Part shown: positions 55,541 through 64,000 of the stretch, piece by piece
Layout of the letters: the number at the start of each line of letters is the position of its first letter
Numbering within the stretch: position 1 is the stretch's first letter
NCBI GenBank assembly: GCA_902597385.1
Contig: CACJXQ010000001.1
Coordinates: 137,371-201,370, forward strand
From: an uncultured Pseudomonadota bacterium
GTDB taxonomy: Bacteria > Pseudomonadota > Gammaproteobacteria > Ga0077536
Direction of reading: 5' to 3'
Length of the DNA stretch: 64,000 nt
Notes under the pieces: generated by a model
What the model saw: only the letters and a program-made list of their open reading frames with translations
Databases searched by the model: none
Told to the model about the DNA's origin: nothing
Program-made: the position numbers and the translations under genes

Positions 55541-56518
55541 CTAAGGGTTCAAGACTACTTTTCCAAGCACTTTTCGGTTGGAGATATACTTTAAAGCGTC
55601 TACGCAATTTTCCAAATGAAACCGCTGATTGACTTTCGGCTTAACGATATCATTTGCCAACCATTGCTGTAGTTCTATCCTGTTATTTTCGTAGAGTTCT
55701 GGCTCCGCTTCAATAAATGTTCCCCAGAAAACGCCGACTATTGAAAACCCTTTGACTAGTGCTAAATTGACAGGAAATTGCGGAATCCTTCCAGAAGCAA
55801 AGCCGACTACAAGTAACCTTCCATTCCACGTGATAGCCCTAGTAGAGGCATCAAAAGCATCCCCACCTATGGTGTCGTAGATGACATCTGCACCCTTTCC
55901 GTTGGTCAAATTCCTTATCGAAGTTCTTAGATCCTCGTTGGAGTAGTTTATGCACTCGTCTGCGCCTAGTGATTTAGCGAAGTCTAATTTTGAGTCTGAC
56001 GAACAAGCAGCGATAACCCTTGCTCCGATGGCTTTCCCGATTTGCACGGCTGCGCTTCCAGTGCCGCCGGCGGCTCCAAGGACAACCAAGGTTTCATTCT
56101 CTTTTAAATTAGCTTTTTGTCTGAGTGCATGGTGCGCGGTTCCGGTTGCAGCTAGAAGTGCTGCGCCCTCATCAAAGGAAAGATTCTCTGGTAGTCTACT
56201 GACGATTTTTTCTTTGAAGACCACTTTTTCGGCAAAAGCTCCAAATGCTTGATTATAGCCATATACTCTATCGCCCACTTTGTATTTTTTACAGTTCGTG
56301 CCAAGTGCAATTATTTCTCCCGAGGCTTCCGTACCTGGTACGAAAGGCAAGGGGGGTGAAGCTTGATACTTCCCCTGAATAAGTAATGAATCTGCAAAAT
56401 TCACCCCTATTGCGCGCACTTTGATTAATATTTCGTCATTTTTCGGTGTGGGATCGGGTGTATCTAGATAATTTAAATTTTCAATACTCCCAAAATTTCT
56501 ACAGACCTGAGCTTTCAA
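55541..56518 (-). CDS. NADPH:quinone oxidoreductase family protein (MDR)
   Basis: 325 aa. LGAAGGTGSAAVQIGKAIGA cofactor motif, GTEASGEI substrate-domain motif. Confidence 0.85.
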   Translation of the reverse strand: MKAQVCRNFGSIENLNYLDTPDPTPKNDEILIKVRAIGVNFADSLLIQGKYQASPPLPFVPGTEASGEIIALGTNCKKYKVGDRVYGYNQAFGAFAEKVVFKEKIVSRLPENLSFDEGAALLAATGTAHHALRQKANLKENETLVVLGAAGGTGSAAVQIGKAIGARVIAACSSDSKLDFAKSLGADECINYSNEDLRTSIRNLTNGKGADVIYDTIGGDAFDASTRAITWNGRLLVVGFASGRIPQFPVNLALVKGFSIVGVFWGTFIEAEPELYENNRIELQQWLANDIVKPKVNQRFHLENCVDALKYISNRKVLGKVVLNP

Positions 56519-56678
56519 ATGTTCTCTCCAGTGCTTTGCTGATGATTCGAATATTTAATGAGTGCGGCTTGGTAATTTTTCTTCTGATTGGCGAATGCCA
56601 ACTATTCACACCTTTTTATTAAACAGATAGACTACAGCGTATATAAAATATTTTAGTCATTCAATAAAAGGAAGATTA

Positions 56679-58502
56679 ATGCCAGTGAATGAGATTGATC
56701 ATTTGTTAAATTCAGATAGGTTTGGTTTTGACCCGACAGAACTGCGCGCCAAATATAAAAAGGAAAGGGACAAAAGAATACGGACTGAAGGTAATGAGCA
56801 ATATGTAGAAGTAAAAGGAGATTTTTCACATTATGTCGACGATCCCTATATTGATGTTCCTTTAGAAAGAAAGCCACTCACCGATGAGGTGGATGCCTTA
56901 GTAGTAGGAGGCGGATTTGGTGGATTGTTAGCTGGTGCAAGGTTGAGGCAAGCAGGAGTCAAAAAAATCAGATTGGTGGAAAAAGGTTCTGACTTCGGGG
57001 GTACGTGGTATTGGAATCGTTATCCAGGGGCTATGTGCGACATTGAATCCTATATTTATCTCCCTCTTCTGGAGGAATTAGGTTATGTACCCAAGGAAAA
57101 ATACACTAAAGCTCCGGAAATATTAGAACACACCCGACGCATCGCTGAACATTTCGACCTATACTCTGACGCCTTGCTGCAAACTCAAGTGACGGAAGCA
57201 CGTTGGGTCGAGGCAGATAAAAATTGGCGAATAACTACTAATCGTGACGACGAGATAAGGGCAAAATATTTGGTAATGGCAAATGGTCCTTTAAATAGGC
57301 CCAAACTTCCTGGAATTAAGGGAATAGATAAGTTTCAAGGGCATACCTTTCACACGAGCCGTTGGGATTATGATTATACGGGAGGCGATGCCTCAGGTGG
57401 GCTTTCTAAGTTAAAGGATAAACGTGTGGGTGTAATAGGAACCGGTGCAACCGCCGTCCAGTGTATCCCTCACCTAGGAGCCGCGGCGGAAAGTTTGTTT
57501 GTGTTTCAGAGAACTCCATCTTCTGTTGATGTGCGAGCAAATCAAGTTACTGATACTAATTGGGTAAAAACGCTTACACCAGGCTGGCAAAAAAGAAGGA
57601 TGGAAAACTTTAACACTTTGGTTAGTGGAGGGTATGAGAAAGAGGATTTTGTGCAAGATGGTTGGACGGAAATATTCAGAAACCTTACCGGAGTATTACC
57701 ACCAGAAGGTTATGAGGCAATACCAAAAAATAAGCTTTATCTAGCCACTGAATTAGCTGACTTTGAGAAGATGGAAAAAATACGTTCTCGAGTAGATTCT
57801 TTAGTTCGGGATGAATCTACTGCTGAGGCTTTGAAGCCTTACTATCGACAATTTTGCAAAAGGCCTTGTTTTCATGATGAATATCTTGAGACATACAATC
57901 TTCCAAATGTAAATTTGGTAGATACTGCGGGTAAGGGTGTTGCTGAGGTTACCTCCCGAGGAGTGATCGTAGATGGAAAGGAATATGAATTAGATTGCCT
58001 CATATTTGCAACAGGTTTTGAAGTGGGTACTAGTTACACTCGACGATCCGGATATGACGTGATTGGTCAAAATGGGCGTAGGCTAGGTAAGAAATGGGAG
58101 AAAGGTCCGACGACCTTTCATGGTATGCACTGTGCAGAATTCCCAAATTGCTTTTTTATGGGCTTTATACAAACTGCCTTAACACCTAACTTTGTTCATC
58201 TTCTTCTAGAGCAAAGTAAACACATTGCTCATCTAGTTCACCATGCTGAAAAAAACAAGATAGGATCTATAGTGGCTTCGCAGGCGGCTGAAGATGAATG
58301 GTGTGCAACGATAAAGCGTCTGGCAAAGTCAGGAGAAAAGTTTTTCAGGGAATGTACTCCAGGATACTATAACAATGAAGGTAAAGCAGATGAGGGCTAT
58401 GGCTTTATTCAGAATTCATACGGCGGTGGCCCTGTCGAGTTTTTTCAAATCCTTGAAAATTGGAGAGAGCAGGGGGACATGGACGGACTTATCTTAGAAT
58501 AA
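56679..58502 (+). CDS. Type I Baeyer-Villiger monooxygenase, long form (paralogue of 47278..49098)
   Basis: VVGGGFGG, FQGHTFHTSRWD, VIGTGATA. Colinear with the other BVMO from the N-terminal FDPxxLRxKYxxERxKR to the C-terminal CTPGYYNNEGK. Confidence 0.9.
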   Translation: MPVNEIDHLLNSDRFGFDPTELRAKYKKERDKRIRTEGNEQYVEVKGDFSHYVDDPYIDVPLERKPLTDEVDALVVGGGFGGLLAGARLRQAGVKKIRLVEKGSDFGGTWYWNRYPGAMCDIESYIYLPLLEELGYVPKEKYTKAPEILEHTRRIAEHFDLYSDALLQTQVTEARWVEADKNWRITTNRDDEIRAKYLVMANGPLNRPKLPGIKGIDKFQGHTFHTSRWDYDYTGGDASGGLSKLKDKRVGVIGTGATAVQCIPHLGAAAESLFVFQRTPSSVDVRANQVTDTNWVKTLTPGWQKRRMENFNTLVSGGYEKEDFVQDGWTEIFRNLTGVLPPEGYEAIPKNKLYLATELADFEKMEKIRSRVDSLVRDESTAEALKPYYRQFCKRPCFHDEYLETYNLPNVNLVDTAGKGVAEVTSRGVIVDGKEYELDCLIFATGFEVGTSYTRRSGYDVIGQNGRRLGKKWEKGPTTFHGMHCAEFPNCFFMGFIQTALTPNFVHLLLEQSKHIAHLVHHAEKNKIGSIVASQAAEDEWCATIKRLAKSGEKFFRECTPGYYNNEGKADEGYGFIQNSYGGGPVEFFQILENWREQGDMDGLILE

Positions 58503-58509
58503 TTCTAAG

Positions 58510-59508
58510 CTAATCCCGAATCTTATAGACTTTATGTGCCGTTTTTTTGTAAAGCGATTCTTTGTCATTTTCGGAAAAGGTGCGGGTTATTTTTTTGAAA
58601 GAATTCCATAATACATTGTAGGAGCAGCTGACTTTGTCCATAGGGAAATTGCTCTCAAACATGCATCGAGTAGGCCCGAAAGTGTCTATCATGAAAAGAT
58701 AGTAGTCTCGAGTGAGGGTTGCAATCTCTGTTGAGGTGGGAGGTTTGTCTCTTTTATGAAGGCCAAAGCCTGAAAGACTCATAAGGAGCCCTCCTAATTT
58801 GGCAAAGACATTCGGGTAGGCTGCTAAGCATCGGATATTTTTTTTCCAGCTGTGAAAGATTTCTTTACGCTTGCCTGCGTAAGGGCCAATCCCGACTGGT
58901 CCGCCTAGATGGTCTAAGACGATTACTTGATTGGGAAAGTTTCTAGCCAATTCTGTTAACTCGGGTATTTGGGGGTGGTATAGCCATGCGTCAAAGCTAA
59001 GATTACGTTTCTCAAGTTCAGCGAATCCTCTCTTAAAATCTGAGTTCCCAAAAAGCATTTCAACCGGGTGGGTGTGTGCGTTTCTTATATTTTTGTTTTT
59101 GTCCCAAGCACTGGCATGTCTTACTCCAACCATAAGATTGCTTGCATCTATCAGTTCATCTAGAGTTTTTGTAGAATTTTTGTCGGTAAGATTTGCATAT
59201 CCAACGATTGCGTTACAGATCCTAGTACTAGACGAATTATTCCCATTAAAAGATGTGGCTGAATCTCTCACGAAATCAACCTCTCCAACCGAGCGTAAGA
59301 AGTCTGGTCCTTCCTCTCGATACTTGGAGCCGCACTCTACGTACACAGTTGACGTGATATTGTGGCCAGAGGTTACATCTTTTATATAATCGTCCGCAAG
59401 GTATCTGCTGTCAGGGTAATCCCAAAGGTGGTGGTGCGCATCACAAATTTCTCTCGATGGTTCGAGAGCCTCTTCCTGGTGCTTATTTAACCAATTTGAA
59501 TTTCTCAT
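58510..59508 (-). CDS. Amidohydrolase-2 family protein (LigI/decarboxylase-type TIM-barrel hydrolase)
   Basis: N-terminal ICDAHHHLWD motif, later VLDHLGGP. 332 aa. Convergent with BVMO2, 7 nt apart. Confidence 0.8.
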   Translation of the reverse strand: MRNSNWLNKHQEEALEPSREICDAHHHLWDYPDSRYLADDYIKDVTSGHNITSTVYVECGSKYREEGPDFLRSVGEVDFVRDSATSFNGNNSSSTRICNAIVGYANLTDKNSTKTLDELIDASNLMVGVRHASAWDKNKNIRNAHTHPVEMLFGNSDFKRGFAELEKRNLSFDAWLYHPQIPELTELARNFPNQVIVLDHLGGPVGIGPYAGKRKEIFHSWKKNIRCLAAYPNVFAKLGGLLMSLSGFGLHKRDKPPTSTEIATLTRDYYLFMIDTFGPTRCMFESNFPMDKVSCSYNVLWNSFKKITRTFSENDKESLYKKTAHKVYKIRD

Positions 59509-59631
59509 GACGCAAGATTACATTGAAGTTAGTCTAATCCGCAAATAGACTGAGGGTTAAAGGGGAGGTTAACTAAGTACTGTAGTAAATTATAGAAAAA
59601 CTTAGTGATTTTTGATAAGAGGGGGACTCGA

Positions 59632-61029
59632 ATGGTGGCCAAAAAACTAAAGAAGCAACTACATTTTACTTTATTTACTTTTCCTCCTTTCGTGCATCAT
59701 TATCCTGACGGTTGGCGGCATCCTCAGGAAATGATGGGCGGTATTTATAATCCCTTGGAGCCAGAAATCTGGGCTAGAGTAGCGCGCACACTAGAATCCA
59801 TGAAAGTCGACGCTTTTTTTGTTGGTGATGGAGGTGCGATCTACAATAGTAATGAAAATAGCCCTTCAACGTCTCTTCATTATGGAAGCCAGACGATAGA
59901 ATTCTTCGCGCCACAGTTTGTATCAATGGTAGCCACTATGGCGCCAACCCTAGGGGCTGTTTCTACAGTTAACACGGAGGAATTGAATCCTTGGACTTTT
60001 TCTAGGATGGCTCAAACGATGGACCACCTGACCAAAGGTAGAGTAGGCTTCAATATAGTGACGGGCTTGAATCCAGGAGGCCTTGCAGATAATTTGGGGG
60101 TCGAAGTTCGAGAGCACGACGCTCGTTACGAAAGAGCTGAGGAATTCATGGAAGTCTGCTACGCGCTATGGCAGAGTTGGGATTCCGATGCTTTGGTGCG
60201 GGATAAGGAACGCTCGCTTTTTGCAGATCCGAAAAAAATTAGAGAGGTTAATTATAATGGGAAACACTTTCAATGTAGAGGCCCTTCCCAGCTACCTCGA
60301 TCTCCGCAAGAGATACCAGTTTTATTTCAAGCCGGTCAATCTCCTAGAGGGCGACAGTTTGCAGCTCGTCATGCTGAGGGAGTGTTTACCATTAGCCCAG
60401 ATCTACCGGCAATGCAATCCTATTACCGGGATGTCAAAGACAGACTAGTAAATGAGGGAAGACGGGAATCGGATTTGGCTATTTTGACTGGAATCTTTCC
60501 CATAGTTGGCTCATCCGAAGCTGCAGCGCAGGAAAAGTATGAGCAATTGGTTGAGCTGGCGACTCCGGAAGCTGGATTAGCATGGTGCTCCGGCTACGCC
60601 AGTTACAATTTTGCCCAAGTTCCTTTTGACACCAAGTTGTCTGAACTCGATCCAAAAGATTTTGCGGGAATCCAATCCATTTTCGAGCTTACTATGGCGA
60701 GTTCAAGCGATGCTGCAAGTCTCACACCCTATTTACGCGCGTATCCACATGTAGATGAGCCGACTGTTCGTGATTTGTGTGTTGCAAACGCTCAGTCGAT
60801 AGTGCCAAAGGTTGTTGGCACTGTTGAGCAGGTGGCCGACCAACTTGAGCAAATTGTGGATGAGGGTGGGAGTGACGGGTTTATGTTTTCAACAGTTCAC
60901 ATGCCAGGCTCAATAGAGGAACTGGGTCCGGTTATAGCAGAGCTTCAGCAACGCAAAAGGTTCAGGGCCGCCTACGAAGGGCCCACTCTAAGGGATAGAT
61001 TAGGTACTCGCCCATATCCATGGAGATAG
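59632..61029 (+). CDS. LLM-class flavin-dependent monooxygenase (NtaA/SnaA/DszA subfamily)
   Basis: About 465 aa. FNIVTG..., long insertion typical of the NtaA/DszA group, C-terminal GFMF. ATG 59632 follows GAGGGGGA (the ORF extends to GTG 59605). Confidence 0.8.
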   Translation: MVAKKLKKQLHFTLFTFPPFVHHYPDGWRHPQEMMGGIYNPLEPEIWARVARTLESMKVDAFFVGDGGAIYNSNENSPSTSLHYGSQTIEFFAPQFVSMVATMAPTLGAVSTVNTEELNPWTFSRMAQTMDHLTKGRVGFNIVTGLNPGGLADNLGVEVREHDARYERAEEFMEVCYALWQSWDSDALVRDKERSLFADPKKIREVNYNGKHFQCRGPSQLPRSPQEIPVLFQAGQSPRGRQFAARHAEGVFTISPDLPAMQSYYRDVKDRLVNEGRRESDLAILTGIFPIVGSSEAAAQEKYEQLVELATPEAGLAWCSGYASYNFAQVPFDTKLSELDPKDFAGIQSIFELTMASSSDAASLTPYLRAYPHVDEPTVRDLCVANAQSIVPKVVGTVEQVADQLEQIVDEGGSDGFMFSTVHMPGSIEELGPVIAELQQRKRFRAAYEGPTLRDRLGTRPYPWR

Positions 61030-61066
61030 AAAAAAAGATTGTTTTTAATGTGTTACTGTTAAGCTA

Positions 61067-61423
61067 TCAGTGATTGCTATTATCAGTTTCTCTCTGAGAA
61101 TACCTTTCAGCAACTTTGGTCATACTACCGCCATTAGTTACATTGCTGTAGCCCAGTTTAGTTAATATATTCCTTGCTAGTTCTGAGCGACGCCCGCTTC
61201 GGCAATAGAGTGTGATGTTCTCGTTTGTGTTATTGACTATATCTTCAATTCGGGTGTGTATTACATCGAGCGGTACATTTATCGCTCCTGGAATATGGTT
61301 TTTGTGAAACTCCTCTTCTGTCCGCACATCTATTAATACGTTATGCCTATCATCCGCTAGAGGAATTGTATTTAATAAAAATACTATAGCAAACGAAATT
61401 ATGATTTTTTTTAGTTGATCCAT
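61067..61423 (-). CDS. Rhodanese-like domain protein, exported
   Basis: Signal peptide, IDVRTEEEF, active-site loop CRSGRRS. 118 aa. Confidence 0.8.
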   Translation of the reverse strand: MDQLKKIIISFAIVFLLNTIPLADDRHNVLIDVRTEEEFHKNHIPGAINVPLDVIHTRIEDIVNNTNENITLYCRSGRRSELARNILTKLGYSNVTNGGSMTKVAERYSQRETDNSNH

Positions 61424-61455
61424 GAATCTAATATTTTAACTGTTTAGGGTTTATA

Positions 61456-63762
61456 TTATTTAGAGTCCATTACCCAGATGCCTTTCCAATGAGTGTTTTT
61501 ATTATTTTTTAATTTATTACATCTATCTAGGTACATTTGAGATAAAAGGTCATTTTTGTTAATCTTCAAGCAAGTCTCGAAAGACTTTATCGCTTTTTCA
61601 AAGTTGCCTTCTCTATAGTGTTCCCTTCCTTCCTGAAAGTGGCCTATAACATCCATCAAGCCAGGAAATGATCGTTTATCGTGGTAATCGAGAACTTCGA
61701 AAACACCAACTGGCTCAGTTTTACCTTTCACAATGACATCATCTATATGCCTGATTTTATAAGTTCCTCGAAGTTTCTTGAAAGTGTACTCACTTATAAG
61801 AATCTTGGCGTTGTATTGTTTGCACGCACTCTCCAGGCGTGCCGCTAAGTTGACGCCGTCACCGATCATGGTGTAGTCCATCCTTTTTTCCGAACCAATG
61901 TTACCTGCAACTACTTTGTCCGTGTTGAGGCCTAGCCCCATATCTATTTCTGCTTTATTCTCTTTTAGCCTCTGAGCGTTCCATTCCCCGAGTCGCTTTA
62001 TCATGTTGATTCCAGCGCGAAGTCCTCTGTCTTCATCATCTTCATGACTTATAGGTAGCCCGAATGCTGCCATTATTGCATCCCCTATGAACTTATCGAG
62101 TATCCCACCTTGCTCCGTGATACATTCAACCATAATTTCGAAGTATTCGTTTAGCAATTTTACCGTTCCTTGAGCACCAAGCTTTTCGGTAATGCTGGTA
62201 AAACTTCTTATGTCGGAAAACAATAAGGTAGCAGTTGTTTCTTGACCCCCTAAAATTTCGGAACCAGTTTCTAATAATTGATTGGCTATTCCCGGATCAA
62301 TATATCTGGACATCGTGGACTTTATCCGCTTTTCTGAAGATATGTCCTCAAGCATTATTAATACTCCGGAAAAATTACTGACTTGGTCAGTTCGACCCTC
62401 TAGGTCATCATTTACCAGGGGAACCACGTTTATATTTATAGAGATGATTTCCTTTTCTTGGGTTGTACTGTCGACCACGGATATTTCGCTATCAAGTCTG
62501 GTTTCTGGTTTTCTGTGCTCTTGGACGGAGTTCACGAGATCTTCTACCCAATGCCTAGAATCGCAGAAAAAAGCGCTAGATTTTTGACCAACAATTTGTT
62601 CCCTTTTGGTCCTTAAAATTTTCAAGCTGGCTGAATTGCAGGTTACAATCACCCCCTCATTATTGATGGTTATCACGCCGTTTGACATGCTGGAGAGCAT
62701 GCTCTCATTATATTTTTGCGCCTTAGAAACATCCTCGAAGAGCTTAGCATTTTCTAAAGAAATCGCGATTTGTTGAGTGAAGGCTTGAAGTCGCGACTCG
62801 TCTTCAGCAGAGAAAGGTCCTCCGACCTTGTTTAGGACCTGAGCGCAGCCAATTATTTTGCCTTCTTTATTTGAAATAGGGGTGCATAAAATTGATTGGG
62901 TAAAATATCCCGTCTCTTTATCAAATGCTGGGTTGAACCGAAGGTCAGCATAGGCGTGGGGTATATTCATTGTCCTGCCGGTGCTAAAAACAGTCCCCGC
63001 TATCCCAATATTATTCGGGAAGCGAATCTCCGAGATGTTTTCACCCAAAACCGTTCTTGAAAAAAGCTCTTCATTTTTCTCGTCGTTTAAAAAAAGGGTT
63101 GCTCGATCGGCATTTAGCATGCGAGCAGATTCGGTCATGACCCGTCTTAGTAACGCATCTAAATTTATCTCCGATGCTATCTCTGAGACTAGGTCGAGGA
63201 ACTCTAGCTCTCTTTTTCTGTTTTTCTCGAAATTCTCCTTATTCTGTGCATTTTGAATAGATTTGGCAGCTCTGCTGGCAGCTGCTTCTAAAAAAACTAA
63301 ATTATCTTTGGTAAATCTTCCCTTCTTCTTGTTCAGAATCTCCAGTACTCCAATGGTTTCACCGGCCATTGTATTAACAGGACAGCAAATGATGTTTTTT
63401 GTTTTGTACCCCGTTTCTTTGTCTATTTTGGAGTTAAACCGGGAGTCAAGATAAGCATCGTGGATAATTTCGCCTTGTTTGGTTTGAAAAACCGCTCCCG
63501 CAATACCGACGTTATTTAATACCCTTATTTCTCTGGAAAGTTCACCTTGGGCTACTCGAGAGTAAAGTTCTCCCGTCTCGTTATCACTCAGAAATAAGGT
63601 TCCTCTTTCCGCATTAAGTTCACTACTAGCGAATTCTACTATTTTCCATAGAATTTCACTTAAGTCTTCCAGGCCAGCGACTTGACTGTTTATTTCTAGC
63701 AGTAATTCAGTGCGCTTGAGTTTTTGTTGAACGCTCTCGACGGTTTCTATCTTTTTATTCAT
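61456..63762 (-). CDS. GAF-GAF-PAS-class III adenylate/guanylate cyclase with C-terminal TPR-like tail
   Basis: 768 aa. Two GAF modules (RGTLFLSD..., RATLFLND...), a PAS-like segment, and cyclase motifs LLFSDIRSFT and KFIGDAIMAAFG. Confidence 0.85.
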   Translation of the reverse strand: MNKKIETVESVQQKLKRTELLLEINSQVAGLEDLSEILWKIVEFASSELNAERGTLFLSDNETGELYSRVAQGELSREIRVLNNVGIAGAVFQTKQGEIIHDAYLDSRFNSKIDKETGYKTKNIICCPVNTMAGETIGVLEILNKKKGRFTKDNLVFLEAAASRAAKSIQNAQNKENFEKNRKRELEFLDLVSEIASEINLDALLRRVMTESARMLNADRATLFLNDEKNEELFSRTVLGENISEIRFPNNIGIAGTVFSTGRTMNIPHAYADLRFNPAFDKETGYFTQSILCTPISNKEGKIIGCAQVLNKVGGPFSAEDESRLQAFTQQIAISLENAKLFEDVSKAQKYNESMLSSMSNGVITINNEGVIVTCNSASLKILRTKREQIVGQKSSAFFCDSRHWVEDLVNSVQEHRKPETRLDSEISVVDSTTQEKEIISININVVPLVNDDLEGRTDQVSNFSGVLIMLEDISSEKRIKSTMSRYIDPGIANQLLETGSEILGGQETTATLLFSDIRSFTSITEKLGAQGTVKLLNEYFEIMVECITEQGGILDKFIGDAIMAAFGLPISHEDDEDRGLRAGINMIKRLGEWNAQRLKENKAEIDMGLGLNTDKVVAGNIGSEKRMDYTMIGDGVNLAARLESACKQYNAKILISEYTFKKLRGTYKIRHIDDVIVKGKTEPVGVFEVLDYHDKRSFPGLMDVIGHFQEGREHYREGNFEKAIKSFETCLKINKNDLLSQMYLDRCNKLKNNKNTHWKGIWVMDSK

Positions 63763-63768
63763 TATCCA

Positions 63769-64000
63769 TCAGTTTCGGAAGTTCTCCGCCCTATCTGTCG
63801 TTCGTTCTAGTTCTGCACGGAGAGTTTTTACCGAATTTTTTAAATGTTCTATTTCGTCTCGAGTTTGAATTCTAATCTTTTGGATTGCTTCCTTTTTTTC
63901 AAATTCAACCGATTCAAGAGCCGCTCGAACTTCTACCACAGTTTCCCGTAGATTTTTGATTTCTAAATTTTTAGCTACGATGGCTGCTTGTTCTAACTCT
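63769..64000 (-). CDS. 3' end of a coiled-coil protein gene (5' part outside the window)
   Basis: Open minus-strand frame from the window edge to TGA at 63769-63771 (...LRETVVEVRAALESVEFEKKEAIQKIRIQTRDEIEHLKNSVKTLRAELERTTDRAENFRN*), with heptad-like charge pattern. It stops 6 nt before the cyclase start codon. Confidence 0.45.
   Translation of the reverse strand, partial: ELEQAAIVAKNLEIKNLRETVVEVRAALESVEFEKKEAIQKIRIQTRDEIEHLKNSVKTLRAELERTTDRAENFRN

Noticed and set aside
1-64000. Scanned for CRISPR repeats, tRNA/rRNA genes, integrases, transposases, toxin-antitoxin pairs, restriction-modification or other defence modules
   Set aside because: None found. The YwqK-like MORN protein (30201..30638) is sometimes annotated as an antitoxin, but here it has a signal peptide and no partner toxin gene.

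Overview
AT-rich, very gene-dense 64-kb chromosomal segment with about 63 protein-coding genes. Spacers are short or overlapping, and many convergent gene ends lie only 5-30 nt apart. Gene content (Nei, YghU, YceI, outer-membrane porin, convergent ppx/ppk1) suggests a streamlined marine Gram-negative, proteobacterium-like genome; the taxon cannot be assigned from this window. I saw no rRNA, tRNA, CRISPR array, transposase, integrase or phage gene, and no recognisable DNA-binding transcription factor. Housekeeping anchors are an Fe(III)-type ABC importer, 5-formyl-THF cyclo-ligase, ppx/ppk1, typA, nei and alanine dehydrogenase. The rest is mostly oxidative and hydrolytic enzymes: two paralogous long-form Baeyer-Villiger monooxygenases, two cytochromes P450, an LLM-class monooxygenase, an ACAD-fold flavoenzyme, amidase, formamidase, an amidohydrolase-2 enzyme, a dimethylformamidase-like operon, and four GST-superfamily genes. 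Main second-look items: (1) two ORFs at 17417-18079 (-) are one peroxiredoxin-like gene, interrupted by an in-frame UGA at the redox Cys position (W-U-P-Y-C) and followed by a SECIS-like hairpin, so this is a probable selenoprotein that ORF calling splits. (2) A three-gene DMFase-like operon (12809-15995) has an extra unknown subunit-sized gene and a missed 58-codon CWC-type Cys-rich ORF beside it. (3) A roughly 19-kb regulator-less catabolic supercluster (42.2-61.0 kb) includes a single-chain triple RidA-like protein and an uncharacterised Cys-containing protein directly upstream of a P450. (4) Two statistically unlikely perfect palindromes lie in divergent promoter regions (43618-43639 and 37524-37548). 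No defence system or mobile system is evident. All functional calls rest on motif recognition by eye and need database confirmation.
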